Of a stretch of DNA of 64,000 nucleotides, positions 18,080 through 27,975 are shown piece after piece. The position numbers and the translations under genes were made by a program. Source of the stretch: Nevskiaceae bacterium. Its GTDB lineage: Bacteria; Pseudomonadota; Gammaproteobacteria; Nevskiales; Nevskiaceae. The notes beneath the pieces were generated by a model, which was not told the origin of the DNA, searched no databases, and saw only the letters and a program-made list of their open reading frames with translations. How positions within the stretch are numbered: the stretch's first letter is position 1; the number at the start of each line of letters is the position of its first letter. The DNA is taken from NCBI GenBank assembly GCA_040377605.1, contig JBEIOK010000001.1:11540-75539 (forward strand), given 5' to 3'.

Positions 18080-19318
18080 TCAGCCCGCGGGCGCCGATGC
18101 ACAGCGCGAGCCGGGCGGCGGCGTCTTCCAGCGCGGATCATCGATGTCGTACGCCCGCGCGACCAGATAGTCCTCGGGATCGCGCAGGTAATCGAGCTCC
18201 GGTGGATACTCCAGACCAGCAATCGCGTTGCGCCACTGCAGCTCGTAGGCCGATGCGCCGCCACCCACCACCGGCGCCCAGGCGTCGTGATGGCTGGGCA
18301 GACTGAGTTGGGGCCTGGCGGCATCCACATAGGCCGTCGAATCGCGCAGACCGCTGGTGAGCATGCCGAAGCCGACGATCGCGCCGACCTGCACGTCCAC
18401 GCAATCCGGCAGCGCGGCCAGGGCGGCCTGGACGGCCGGACCTGCCGGTTCGTCGTCGCCGATCGGACCGGTGGAGTCATGCCACAGCAGGCTGAAGTCA
18501 CCGACCCTCAGCTGGTAGGCCCAGGTCCCGCCCTCGGGCTGGCCGAGCACCCCGTCGTCGGTCAGCGACTGCACGAAGCGCAGGGTTTCGCGCGGGTCCG
18601 TATTCAGGTTCTGCAGGTAAACCAGCACCTCCGGCACGAACACCAGCGGCAGCCCGCCGGTCAGCAGGTCCGTGGGATCGACCGCAGAATGCACATGCTG
18701 GATCACCTGCACCGGCGGCAGGTCGTCCCAGATGCGGATCGACTGCACCGTGCCGGGGCCGGGCGCTTCGCGGACACCCAGAATCAGGCAGGGGAATGGC
18801 ACCTGCGCCGCCAACTGCTGCGCCCGCGCACGGGCGGTCGCGCACACGGTTGCGCCCGCGACCAGTGCCGCGCCTGTATTTCCAGCCACATAGCCGGCAT
18901 CCGCCGCATGGTCGAAATGACCATGGCCGATGAAGATGGCTTCCGGCCGGATCGCGGCCAGTTCCTCGCGGCCGATGGGCACATAGTCGGCCTGCAGGCC
19001 GACCGGTTCCCAGGCGTCGAACAGGAACAGGTGTCCCCCCATCGATGCGATGAAGCTGGAGACGCCGACCCACCACAGCTTCACCTGCGCGGGATTCGTC
19101 GCGTCCTCGCCGAGAATGCGATCGCGGGCGGCCTGCACTTCGGCACTGACCGCCGACGCCGCCGGCAGCGGCTGCCAGTCCGCCGCCGCGACATCGCCGA
19201 CGTTGAGCGACGGCGTGCCGCTGCCGGGCACCGGGGACAGCGGCTGCGAGTCGCCGCAGGCCGCCAGCGACACCACGGCTGCCAGCATCACCGCCAGCCC
19301 GCCGACCTGTTTCGTCAT
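18080..19318 (-). CDS. MBL-fold metallo-hydrolase, lipoprotein
   Basis: Lipobox SLAAC, HGHFDH (HxHxDH), WHDS, PSHHD. Confidence 0.8.
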   Translation of the reverse strand: MTKQVGGLAVMLAAVVSLAACGDSQPLSPVPGSGTPSLNVGDVAAADWQPLPAASAVSAEVQAARDRILGEDATNPAQVKLWWVGVSSFIASMGGHLFLFDAWEPVGLQADYVPIGREELAAIRPEAIFIGHGHFDHAADAGYVAGNTGAALVAGATVCATARARAQQLAAQVPFPCLILGVREAPGPGTVQSIRIWDDLPPVQVIQHVHSAVDPTDLLTGGLPLVFVPEVLVYLQNLNTDPRETLRFVQSLTDDGVLGQPEGGTWAYQLRVGDFSLLWHDSTGPIGDDEPAGPAVQAALAALPDCVDVQVGAIVGFGMLTSGLRDSTAYVDAARPQLSLPSHHDAWAPVVGGGASAYELQWRNAIAGLEYPPELDYLRDPEDYLVARAYDIDDPRWKTPPPGSRCASAPAG

Positions 19319-19406
19319 GACACCTCTCCCGATGAACCTGCACCGCGCAAAGACAGAAGGCGCCCATGGGCGCCTTCCGGACCGCAAGACCGCCTCTTCA
19401 TCGGCG

Positions 19407-21122
19407 TCAGGCCGCCGCCTTGCCCGATGCCGCCCGGGCCATATCCCGTACCGCAACATACCCGAAGGTCATGGCCGGACCCAGCGTCGAACCGGCGCCC
19501 GCGTAGGTCGGCCCCATTACCGCCGCCGAGGTATTGCCGGTGGCATACAACCCCGGAATCACACTGCCGTCCTCACGCAGCACGCGCGCATCGGGGTCGG
19601 TGACCAACCCGCCCTTGGTGCCGATCTCGCCCGGATACATCGGCACCGCGTAGAACGGTGGCTTCACGATCGGCCCCAGGCAGGTATTGGGCTTGACGCT
19701 GGGGTCGCTGTAATAGGTGTCGATCGCCGTCTCGCCCTTGTGGAACTCGAGGTCGACGCCGGTTTTGGCGTACTCGTTCATCCTCGCCACGGTCTGCAGC
19801 AGGTTCGGCGTCTCGACGCCGATCTTTTGTGACAAGGCTTCCAGCGTGTCGGCGCGGTAGTAGACGCGATCCAGCCAGTCTTTCGGCAGCTTGGCGTCCG
19901 GCTCGATCTGGCCCGGCAGGAAGATGCCCATCGGGTACTTGTAGCGGAACGTTGCATCGAAGATCAGCCAGGCCGGCACGCAGCCGTTGCCCTTGGCGTC
20001 ATCCGCGTACATCGCATTGCGGAAATCCGGATAGGCCGCGGCCTCGTTGACGAAGCGCTTGCCCTTCTTGTTGACCGCCACACAGCCGGGCATGCCGCGC
20101 TCGACGAACAACGTGATCTGCTGCGCGGCGCCCGGCTTGTTGACCGTTGGCGAGCCCCAGACCAGATCCATGTGCTGGAGGGCGGCACCCAGCGCCTGTC
20201 CGGCGCGGATCCCGTCGCCGTGATTGATGGGTGGCGCAGCCGTCCACTCGACCTTGGTCGGCTTGGCCAGATACTGCTCACGCATCTGCGGGTTGGACTC
20301 GAAACCGCCGCAGGCCAGCACCACTCCCTGCCGCGCTCGGTAGCGCAGGGCCTTGCCGTTCTGCCGGACAACCACGCCGGTGACGCGCCCGCCTTCTTCG
20401 ACCAGCGATTCGAGGCCGGTGTTCAGCTGCAGCGGGATCTGGTGCTGCAGCATCGCGTATCGCAGCGCCGCCACCATGCCCTGACCGAGGACCTGGCGAC
20501 GGTCGCGGTGCGTCTTCAGCCGCCAGCCGATGTCGAGCCAGTACTTCAGCACCATCTTCAGCGTCAGCGCGATCCAGCCCTTGCCGCGCGAGAACAGCGT
20601 ATGCGCCTCGATCTGGTCCATCGCGATGCGGCCCATCAGCAGCGTACCCTTGAAGGACTCGCGCTGATGGTTGAACTCGTCGCCCAGCAGCGAGGCGTCA
20701 AATGCCGCCGGCTGCATCGAGCGCCAGCCTTCCTTGCCACCCGGGGCCTTGGGATAGTAGTCCGGGTACTTGGGCACGTTGCCGTACTTCACGCCGAAGG
20801 TGTTGGCGAGATAGCGCACCATCTCCGGCGCATGCCGGAGATAGGACTCGATGCGCGCCTGCGGCACGCTGTCGCCGATCACCGTCTTCAGGTAGGTCAG
20901 CGCTTCCTCATAGGAGTCGCTGCCGCCCGTGCGGGCGATATCATCGTTGCAGGGAATCCAGATGCCGCCGCCGGACACCGCACTGGTGCCGCCGTACTTG
21001 TCGGACTTCTCTACGACCACGGCCCTGAGGCCATGTCCGTGTGCGACCAGTGCCGTGGTCATGCCACCGCCGCCGGAGCCGACGACGACGACGTCGTATT
21101 CCTGATCCCAACCCTGACTCAT
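19407..21122 (-). CDS. kstD: 3-ketosteroid-delta-1-dehydrogenase-like flavoprotein
   Basis: VVGSGGGG, GGTSAVSGGGIW, YPDYY, GTKGG, YAGAGSTLGPAMTFG; steroid gene context. Confidence 0.8.
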   Translation of the reverse strand: MSQGWDQEYDVVVVGSGGGGMTTALVAHGHGLRAVVVEKSDKYGGTSAVSGGGIWIPCNDDIARTGGSDSYEEALTYLKTVIGDSVPQARIESYLRHAPEMVRYLANTFGVKYGNVPKYPDYYPKAPGGKEGWRSMQPAAFDASLLGDEFNHQRESFKGTLLMGRIAMDQIEAHTLFSRGKGWIALTLKMVLKYWLDIGWRLKTHRDRRQVLGQGMVAALRYAMLQHQIPLQLNTGLESLVEEGGRVTGVVVRQNGKALRYRARQGVVLACGGFESNPQMREQYLAKPTKVEWTAAPPINHGDGIRAGQALGAALQHMDLVWGSPTVNKPGAAQQITLFVERGMPGCVAVNKKGKRFVNEAAAYPDFRNAMYADDAKGNGCVPAWLIFDATFRYKYPMGIFLPGQIEPDAKLPKDWLDRVYYRADTLEALSQKIGVETPNLLQTVARMNEYAKTGVDLEFHKGETAIDTYYSDPSVKPNTCLGPIVKPPFYAVPMYPGEIGTKGGLVTDPDARVLREDGSVIPGLYATGNTSAAVMGPTYAGAGSTLGPAMTFGYVAVRDMARAASGKAAA

Positions 21123-21144
21123 GCCGCTATCCCCGCTGATGTAG

Positions 21145-21171
21145 AAAAAAACCCGGCCGTGTAGGCCGGGT
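21145..21171 (-). terminator. Intrinsic terminator between hsaA and kstD
   Basis: Minus strand reads ACCCGGCC-TACAC-GGCCGGGT followed by a T run. Confidence 0.7.
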
Positions 21172-21208
21172 CCTGGACTGAACGTCCACGCTCAGGATCC
21201 GCTCGTTC

Positions 21209-22405
21209 TCAGACGAAGTAATCCGTGTTCTCGCGACCCAGCAGCACGCCGCCGTAGTTGCGGCCGAAGATGTCCGGATTGTTGGCGTAGTGCGCGCGTG
21301 CCGACAGGATGTCCATGAAGGAACGCACCAGCGGGAAGTCGGTGAAGATGCCGCGACCGCCGCAGGCCGAATGCAGCTTGTATGCCTGCTGGCAGCAACG
21401 CTCGACCACCAGTGCTGCCTGATAGCGGTACTTCAGGCGCGTCGGCAGATCGACGGCCGGGCCGCCGCGCGCAGCGCCCATCAGCGCGTCGAAGTTGCGC
21501 TTCAGCGTGGTCTGCATCTCGTCGATCGCCACGGCCGCATCCGCCACGGCCATCTGTGCCGGCACCTGCTCCGAGGTCTTGGCGCCCATATTGCCGGTCC
21601 AGTTGCCACCGAACTCGGTGAAGCAGTTCAGCGCGCCCTGCAGACCGCCGATCGCGGCGGTCGACACGGCACGGACAAAGATCTGGCCGAACGGCAGCTT
21701 GTACAGCGGGGCGGTGAATTCATGGCGACCGGGGTTGGTGCCCATGAAACCATCGCTGGACTTGTGCGTGCGGTATTCCGGCACGAACACTTCCTTGACG
21801 ACGATGTCCTTGGACCCGGTGGCCTTCAGGCCCATCGTGTGCCAGGTGTCGACCACTTCGAAATCGGACTTCGGCAGCAGGAAGGTGCGGTACTCCGGGG
21901 GTTGACCTTCGCTGAAGATCAGGCCGCCGAGGAACACCCAGTCGCAATGATCGATGCCGGAGGAGAAGCCCCAGCGACCGGAGAACATGAAGCCCCCCTC
22001 CACCTTCTTGACCTGGCCCTTGGGCATGTAGGTCGAGGCGATCAGCACGGAGTGATCGCCGCCACCCCAGACGTCTTCCGCCGCCTTGGGGTCGAACAGC
22101 GCGATCTGCCAGTTGTGCACGCCCACCACGCCATAGACCCAGGCCGTCGACATGCAGCCTTCGGCCAGCGCCATCTGAACGTCGTAGAAGACCTGCGGAT
22201 CCATCTCGTAGCCGCCGTACTTCTTCGGCTTCAGCACTTCGAAGAATCCGGCCGCCTGCATGTCGGCAATCGTCTCCTTCGGCAGCATGCGGTCGGCATT
22301 GGCCTTGTCCGAGCGCTCGCGCAGCTTGGGTGCGAGATCGCGCGCACGCTGGACGATGATTTCAGGGGTAACCAGGGCGGTCGTTTTTTGGGCTTGGGCG
22401 GGCAC
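21209..22405 (-). CDS. hsaA: Flavin-dependent monooxygenase, HsaA-like (acyl-CoA dehydrogenase fold)
   Basis: PKKYGGYE, STAWVYGVVGVHNW, GRWGFSSG, GLKATGS; RBS AAGGAG before GTG 22405. Confidence 0.8.
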   Translation of the reverse strand: MPAQAQKTTALVTPEIIVQRARDLAPKLRERSDKANADRMLPKETIADMQAAGFFEVLKPKKYGGYEMDPQVFYDVQMALAEGCMSTAWVYGVVGVHNWQIALFDPKAAEDVWGGGDHSVLIASTYMPKGQVKKVEGGFMFSGRWGFSSGIDHCDWVFLGGLIFSEGQPPEYRTFLLPKSDFEVVDTWHTMGLKATGSKDIVVKEVFVPEYRTHKSSDGFMGTNPGRHEFTAPLYKLPFGQIFVRAVSTAAIGGLQGALNCFTEFGGNWTGNMGAKTSEQVPAQMAVADAAVAIDEMQTTLKRNFDALMGAARGGPAVDLPTRLKYRYQAALVVERCCQQAYKLHSACGGRGIFTDFPLVRSFMDILSARAHYANNPDIFGRNYGGVLLGRENTDYFV

Positions 22406-22504
22406 GGCGTTCTCCTTGCCTGTCGCGTTGGGGTGACCGTTTCCGCAGTGCGGCGCAACGGCTTTTTCAGGTACGGCTTTTTCACAGAAAAGACAGGGTG
22501 CAGC

Positions 22505-22595
22505 ATCGTCCAAACTGGTGAGCCATGTCAGCGTCTACAGGGCGGCGGCACTGTCCAGCCAGGGCAGTGAACGGCAGTTCACTCAAACGGGTGAT
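22505..22595. promoter_or_regulatory. Two 7-4-7 operators in the hsaA/kshA divergent promoter
   Basis: ATCGTCC-AAAC-TGGTGAG (22505-22522) and TTCACTC-AAAC-GGGTGAT (22578-22595). Confidence 0.55.
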
Positions 22596-22710
22596 GTAAG
22601 CCCCCTGCCCCGTTCCCACACTGGCGCCACAAATCGTGGACACGTCGTCCACGCAGGGAAAAACCAGCAAGCGAGTCGGCCGCCAGCCAGACTCGCCGGA
22701 GCATCGAAAC

Positions 22711-23793
22711 ATGGCAACTTCCAAGGAATACGGCCTCGGCGAATTCACCTTCCCGCGCGGCTGGTTCATGATCGGCGAGAGCGCCAAGATCACCGACAAG
22801 CCGCAGGGCGTGAAGTTCTTCGGCCAGGAACTGGCCCTGTATCGCGGCAAGCAGAGCGGCAAGGTCATTCTGCTCGATGCCTACTGCCCCCACATGGGCA
22901 CGCATCTGGCGCGCAACAGCACCTCCTACGTGGCGCAGGACGGTCCGGTGGAAGGCGATTCGATCCGCTGCCCGTACCATGCCTGGCGCTTCGGTCCCGA
23001 TGGCAAGTGCAACCATATCCCCTATGCCACCGGCCCGATTCCGCCGGTTGCCCGGGTGCGGTCCTGGAAGGTCGAGGAGCGCATGGGAGCGGTGTTCGTC
23101 TGGCACGATCCGGAAGGCGGCGAGCCCGACTACGAGATCCCGGTCATCGACGCCTGCAGTGATCCGTCCTGGGTGCCACTGGCCTATGACGATCTCGGCG
23201 TCGTCAACTGCCACACGCAGGAGATCGTCGACAACATCACCGACGTCGCCCATTTCGGTCCGGTACACGGCTCGATCACCAAGTACTTCGAGAACGAATT
23301 CCGCGGCCACCTGGCGATCCAGCGCATGGGCGGCGGTCACCGCACCCTGACCACGGCTGACGGCCCGATGCTGGAAACCGAAGCGATCTACCATGGCCCG
23401 AGCATCCTGATCACCAAGATGATCGGCACGCACGACTCGTACATCTTCATTGCGCATACGCCGGTGGACGACGGTACTGCGTATGTCTGGCATGGACTGA
23501 TGGTGAAGTCGCCCACCGGACAGGCCCAGTACAACGAACAGGACGTGGAGATCGCGCGTCAGTACCAGACCATGGCACTGGCGGCGTTCGCGCAGGACTT
23601 CGAGGTCTGGAAGTACAAGCGCCCGAACATTCAGGGCATGTATGTGCAGGGTGATGGTGCGTTCCTCAAGCAGCGCACCTGGTACAAGCAGTTCTACAAC
23701 CCGCGCGCCCAGCGCGGCGAGCTGCTCAAGCAGGTCGAGGGCATTCACCTGGCGCGCGGCATGGAAGGTTCGCCCGCGAGCAAGGCCGCCTGA
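22711..23793 (+). CDS. kshA: 3-ketosteroid 9alpha-hydroxylase oxygenase subunit-like Rieske oxygenase
   Basis: FPRGW, Rieske motifs CPHMG and CPYHAW, mononuclear Fe site EIVDNITDVAHFGPVH, QDFEVW. Confidence 0.82.
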   Translation: MATSKEYGLGEFTFPRGWFMIGESAKITDKPQGVKFFGQELALYRGKQSGKVILLDAYCPHMGTHLARNSTSYVAQDGPVEGDSIRCPYHAWRFGPDGKCNHIPYATGPIPPVARVRSWKVEERMGAVFVWHDPEGGEPDYEIPVIDACSDPSWVPLAYDDLGVVNCHTQEIVDNITDVAHFGPVHGSITKYFENEFRGHLAIQRMGGGHRTLTTADGPMLETEAIYHGPSILITKMIGTHDSYIFIAHTPVDDGTAYVWHGLMVKSPTGQAQYNEQDVEIARQYQTMALAAFAQDFEVWKYKRPNIQGMYVQGDGAFLKQRTWYKQFYNPRAQRGELLKQVEGIHLARGMEGSPASKAA

Positions 23794-23847
23794 GACGCTC
23801 CCCCTCGTTTCGTCGCGGCGCGAGAAACCAGCGGTACATAAATGAAG

Positions 23848-23880
23848 AAGCCGCGGCAGGGAAACCTGCCGCGGCTTTTC
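23848..23880 (+). terminator. Intrinsic terminator after kshA
   Basis: AAGCCGCGGCAGG-GAAA-CCTGCCGCGGCTT followed by TTC. Confidence 0.8.
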
Positions 23881-24253
23881 TCTGCAACGCGCCGAACCAG
23901 CGACCGGCGCGGGCGAAAGCGCCAAGCTGTCGGATCGCGAACTGCGGCGCGCACTGGACGTGATCGAATCGCGGCTCAGCGAGAAAGTCAGCCTCGACGC
24001 ACTTGCCGGTGAACTCCAGATGACCGTGACGACCTTCTGCCGACGCTTCCGCAACTGCACCGGCATGGCGCCCTATCAGTACGTGCCGCACCGCTGCATC
24101 GAACTGGCCAAGACCGCGCTGGAGCAGCCGGATTCGTCGATGTCGGACATCGCGCTGTCGCTCGGCTTCTGCGACCAGAGCCAGTTCACCAACACCTTCC
24201 GCCGGCGCGTGGGCGTCAGCCCGCGCGACTATCGCCGCCAGGTGCGGCGCTGA
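23876..24253 (+). pseudogene. AraC-family regulator remnant (C-terminal HTH only)
   Basis: KLSDRELRRALDVIE...LGFCDQSQFTNTFRRRVGVSP; in-frame stop at 23843, no ATG, no sensor domain. Confidence 0.65.
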
Positions 24254-24260
24254 AGCCCGC

Positions 24261-24737
24261 TCACAGCACCAGCTGACAGGTCTGGCCGACGTCGAGGATG
24301 CGCTGCAGGCGTCCAGCGCCTAGCCATAGCGCGCAGCACATGCCGAGTTCCACGATCTCCGCATCCGAGTAGGCGGCGCGCAGACGCATCCAGAACGCGT
24401 CGTCGGCGCGCATCGCGATGTGATCCGCGACAAAGCGCTCCGCGAACTCGGCCGCAAGCTTCTCGCGCTCGCTGTAGCCGGGGTAGTGGCGCCACTGCTC
24501 GGCATTGGCATACAGCGCCTCGTCGACCCCGTTCGACGCGCCTTGCCCCTGCCGGGCGTTGCGGCAGACCTCGCATTCATTGAGCTGCGCGATGCGCATC
24601 CGCGCCACCTCGCGCTCGCGCATCGGCAGCGTCGTCTTGCCGTAGACGGCCCGACTGAACGCGATCAGACCCTCGCCCTTGTCAGGGCACAGTTGCATCC
24701 AGCTCCCGAGATCGTCGGCGACATCGATGCGCGGCAT
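24261..24737 (-). CDS. Carboxymuconolactone decarboxylase / AhpD family protein
   Basis: REREVARMRIAQLNECEVC (CxxC), YSEREKLA. Confidence 0.8.
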   Translation of the reverse strand: MPRIDVADDLGSWMQLCPDKGEGLIAFSRAVYGKTTLPMREREVARMRIAQLNECEVCRNARQGQGASNGVDEALYANAEQWRHYPGYSEREKLAAEFAERFVADHIAMRADDAFWMRLRAAYSDAEIVELGMCCALWLGAGRLQRILDVGQTCQLVL

Positions 24738-24755
24738 GGCGTTTTCCGGTGAGGG

Positions 24756-27257
24756 TTATTGGAATCGGTAGATCAGATCCAGCCCCAGCGTGCGCGGCTC
24801 GCCCCAAATGACGGCGCGATTGGCGTGCGGCTGGTTATCGATGGCCGCAATCGCATATTCCCGGTCGGACAGATTTTTTCCCCACAGCGCGACATCCAGC
24901 GTGCCGCGGTCACCGGCACGCAGGCCGGCCAGCGTCAGTCGCGCGTTGTACAAACCGTAGGATGGCAGCACTGTCAGCCCTTCGCGGCCCGGCAGGTTCA
25001 ACCCGCTGCGCTCGTCGATGTAGTGGTAGGTCGCGAACGCCCGCAGCTCACCCCAGTCACGGCGCAGCAACGTCGCATCGGCGGCGACGACGAAGGAATG
25101 CCGCGGGGCCGACTGAAACGGGAACTGGCTGGCAACATTGGCGCCGTCGAAGTCACGCACGTCGGTCACCTGCGCATCCAGGTAGGCGTAGTCACCCGAC
25201 AGCACCAGATTCTCTCCCACCACCCAGGTTGTCTCCACTTCCACGCCGCGCATTTGCGCTTTGCCGGCATTGCGCGTCTTGGTATCGGAGATCGTGCCCG
25301 GAATCAGGAAGTTGATCTGCATGTCGGTGTAATCGGAATCGAAATATCCGGCATTGAAGCGCAGGCGGCGCCCGAACCATTCGCTCTTGAAGCCAAACTC
25401 GGTGGATTCGACATACTCGGGCGCAAAACCATCGACGTAGCCGAAGCCATACTCGTTATCCGGTGACGCCCCGCTGATATGTGGATCGCGCACATTGAAG
25501 CCGCCGCTCTTGTAGGCCTCGACCAGCTTGGCGTAGACGTTGAAAGCCTCCGTCAGCTCATAAGCCGCGATATAGGCCCACGAGTCGTTGCTGAAACGGC
25601 GCGAGGCCGGCACGTCGTCGAACATCTCGCCGCTGCTCAGCAACACCGCGGTGCCGAGCCCGTTGACGTTACCTTCGACGTAGGTATCGCTGATCCTGAA
25701 CTTGACCGCGCGCCGGTCATCCTCCGACGAGCGATAACCCACCGTGAGGTGAAGGCGCTCGTCCAGCACCGGCGGCGTCCACGTAACCTGTGTGTAGTAG
25801 GCGGTCGCTTCATTGTCGATGGTCCAGTTCAGATCGACGAAGTTCACCAGCCGCGGCCCGGCCAGCGCCAGCAACTGAGTCCCGATGTTGCCGGGCACGG
25901 TCGCCAGCAGCCCGGTCAGCGCGGCAGGGCCAATCGCAGTACTGAACTGATGATTCAGCCGATGGCGATCCTCCGTTGCCTGCTCGGTGAAATGGAACGC
26001 GCCGACGATGTACTTCACCGAATCGTCGAACAGCATGCCGCTGAGCTGCAGCTCGTGCGACCACTGATCCTGCGTCACGGTCGGAATCACCAGCGGCGTC
26101 GGGCCGCCGTTGGCGCGCGTCGCGGCCGGCCCCTCGTAAGCATGGCTGTCGAGACGATATGCCAGCGACCCGGCACCGCCGCCCAGATCGGCGTACTCGC
26201 GGTCCTCGAGATCCCGGTAGGCCCCGATGTACTTGAGCTCGTGCGCGCCCAGTAGCGCGGTCAGCGTCAGCGCGTGTCCGTTGACAACCGTCCCCGACGC
26301 CTCCATCGGCGGACCGGACGACAGCCGATCCAGACGATTCAGCGCGTATACCGAGTTCGCCTGCGCAAAGCCCTTGAACAACTCCGCCTCGCCCTTGTCG
26401 GCGGTCGGCGGCAACTGCGCCTGGAACATCTGGTTGACGTAGGTCATGTCGCTGCGATCGTAGGCGTAGTCCGCCGTCAGCCAGTACGTCGGCGTCCAGC
26501 GCACATCGAAACGTCCGGCAAACTCCTCACGATCACCAAAGTCGCCGCCCGGCCCCGTGTTTTCGACGAATCCGTCCTTGCGGCTGCCCAGCACCGCGAG
26601 CTTGAGCGCCAGCTCGTCGGTCACCGGGAGATTGAAACTGCTGCGGCCGAGCAGGGTATTGCGCTCCCCCACCGTCAGCTTGTGCGTCATCGAGAACGAC
26701 CCAGGCACCGGCTTCTGCGTCACCAGGTTGATCGCGCCCCCGGTGGTGTTACGCCCATACAGCGTGCCCTGCGGCCCACGCAGCACCTCGATGCGCTGCA
26801 GATCGGCGATGTCCAGCGCCAGCCCCACCGATCGGGCTACGTACACCCCGTCGAGGTAGACCCCTACAGCGGGATCCTGGGTCAGCTGGGCATCGCCCAG
26901 CCCCACGCCGCGAATGAACAGACGCAGCGTTGCGTTGTGCGTCGGAAACGGCTCGATCGTCAGCCCCGGCGCCTGCACCGCCAGATCGGCCAACCCGTCG
27001 ATGCCGCGCTGTTGCAGCTTCTCCGCGTTGAAGGCCTGGATCGAGATCGGCGTGTCCTGCAGCGATTCGACGCGCTTCTGCGCGGTGACCACGATCTCTT
27101 CGAGCTGTGCCGTCGCGGCAGACTGCGGCGCGTCGCCCGCGACAGCCGGCGGTGCCAGCGGCTCCACCGGAATGGTCTCCAGGGTCTCGTCCTGGGCACC
27201 AGCGGTGCCGGCGAACAGGCACAACCACAGCACCCACCGCATTCCATTGCTGCGCAT
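24756..27257 (-). CDS. TonB-dependent receptor
   Basis: Signal peptide, EEIVVTAQKR, plug motif RIEVLRGPQGTLYGRN, C-terminal PRTLG...YRF. Confidence 0.93.
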   Translation of the reverse strand: MRSNGMRWVLWLCLFAGTAGAQDETLETIPVEPLAPPAVAGDAPQSAATAQLEEIVVTAQKRVESLQDTPISIQAFNAEKLQQRGIDGLADLAVQAPGLTIEPFPTHNATLRLFIRGVGLGDAQLTQDPAVGVYLDGVYVARSVGLALDIADLQRIEVLRGPQGTLYGRNTTGGAINLVTQKPVPGSFSMTHKLTVGERNTLLGRSSFNLPVTDELALKLAVLGSRKDGFVENTGPGGDFGDREEFAGRFDVRWTPTYWLTADYAYDRSDMTYVNQMFQAQLPPTADKGEAELFKGFAQANSVYALNRLDRLSSGPPMEASGTVVNGHALTLTALLGAHELKYIGAYRDLEDREYADLGGGAGSLAYRLDSHAYEGPAATRANGGPTPLVIPTVTQDQWSHELQLSGMLFDDSVKYIVGAFHFTEQATEDRHRLNHQFSTAIGPAALTGLLATVPGNIGTQLLALAGPRLVNFVDLNWTIDNEATAYYTQVTWTPPVLDERLHLTVGYRSSEDDRRAVKFRISDTYVEGNVNGLGTAVLLSSGEMFDDVPASRRFSNDSWAYIAAYELTEAFNVYAKLVEAYKSGGFNVRDPHISGASPDNEYGFGYVDGFAPEYVESTEFGFKSEWFGRRLRFNAGYFDSDYTDMQINFLIPGTISDTKTRNAGKAQMRGVEVETTWVVGENLVLSGDYAYLDAQVTDVRDFDGANVASQFPFQSAPRHSFVVAADATLLRRDWGELRAFATYHYIDERSGLNLPGREGLTVLPSYGLYNARLTLAGLRAGDRGTLDVALWGKNLSDREYAIAAIDNQPHANRAVIWGEPRTLGLDLIYRFQ

Positions 27258-27328
27258 CAGCCGCTCCTCCCCCGACTGCTTCTCATCGGTCCCGTCGGCC
27301 GGCAAACGACCGACGGGCCTGCGATTTT

Positions 27329-27709
27329 CTACTTCATGAACTCCATGTCGCTCTTGCCCCAGAACGCACGCATCGACGTGAACTGACCGGCCTCATTGAA
27401 CGTCATCACGTCGATCACATGGATCTCGGCCTTGCCTTCCGGCATGTTGAGCACCACGTCGAATGCCATCGCAGCCGAATTGCCGTGCGAAGCCCGGATC
27501 GGGGCCGCCAGCCGCAGCTTGGCGCCGCTCTTCATGGCCATCTGGTAGAACGCACGCACGGCAGGCTTGCCGTTCTTGATCGGGCTGCCGACGGGATCCT
27601 CGACCGTTGCATCCTCGGCGTACAGGTCGATGAGCCCGTCGAGGTCCTGCTGGTTGTAGGTATCGATATACGCCTGCATGGCGGCCTTCATCTGCGGCTC
27701 GGTCGGCAC
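27329..27709 (-). CDS. ksi: Steroid delta-isomerase (NTF2-like fold)
   Basis: QAYI (catalytic Tyr), EDPVGS (catalytic Asp), AMAF, IDVMTF, MRAFWG. Confidence 0.85.
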   Translation of the reverse strand: MPTEPQMKAAMQAYIDTYNQQDLDGLIDLYAEDATVEDPVGSPIKNGKPAVRAFYQMAMKSGAKLRLAAPIRASHGNSAAMAFDVVLNMPEGKAEIHVIDVMTFNEAGQFTSMRAFWGKSDMEFMK

Positions 27710-27778
27710 GGTCTTTGTCCTGGTCGTTGGTGGAACGGCTACGGATAGGCATGGTCGTGCAGCCGGCCAGCGCGCCAA

Positions 27779-27796
27779 ATCGTCCGCATGGACGAC
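27779..27796. promoter_or_regulatory. Near-perfect 7-4-7 operator (ATCGTCC-GCAT-GGACGAC)
   Basis: TCGTCC/GGACGA inverted repeat between ksi and the divergent LuxR regulator. Confidence 0.6.
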
Positions 27797-27975
27797 ACCG
27801 GCGCTCGCCGGCGGGCCGGTCCATCGGCCCGGCGATGCACGAAATGGGGGAGTTCCCCTATACTCCCAGCGAGCGTTTGCGAAAGACGCTCGCAATTTAA
27901 GAAACCGCCAAGGTTCAGCCATCCATCGCCGGCGCAGATTCCCGACAGGGCCTGCGCGGTGGCCCAGGAGAGCCC

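Noticed and set aside
18080-19318. Metallo-beta-lactamase resistance gene
   Set aside because: HxHxDH is shared across the whole fold superfamily; length and steroid context point to a metabolic hydrolase
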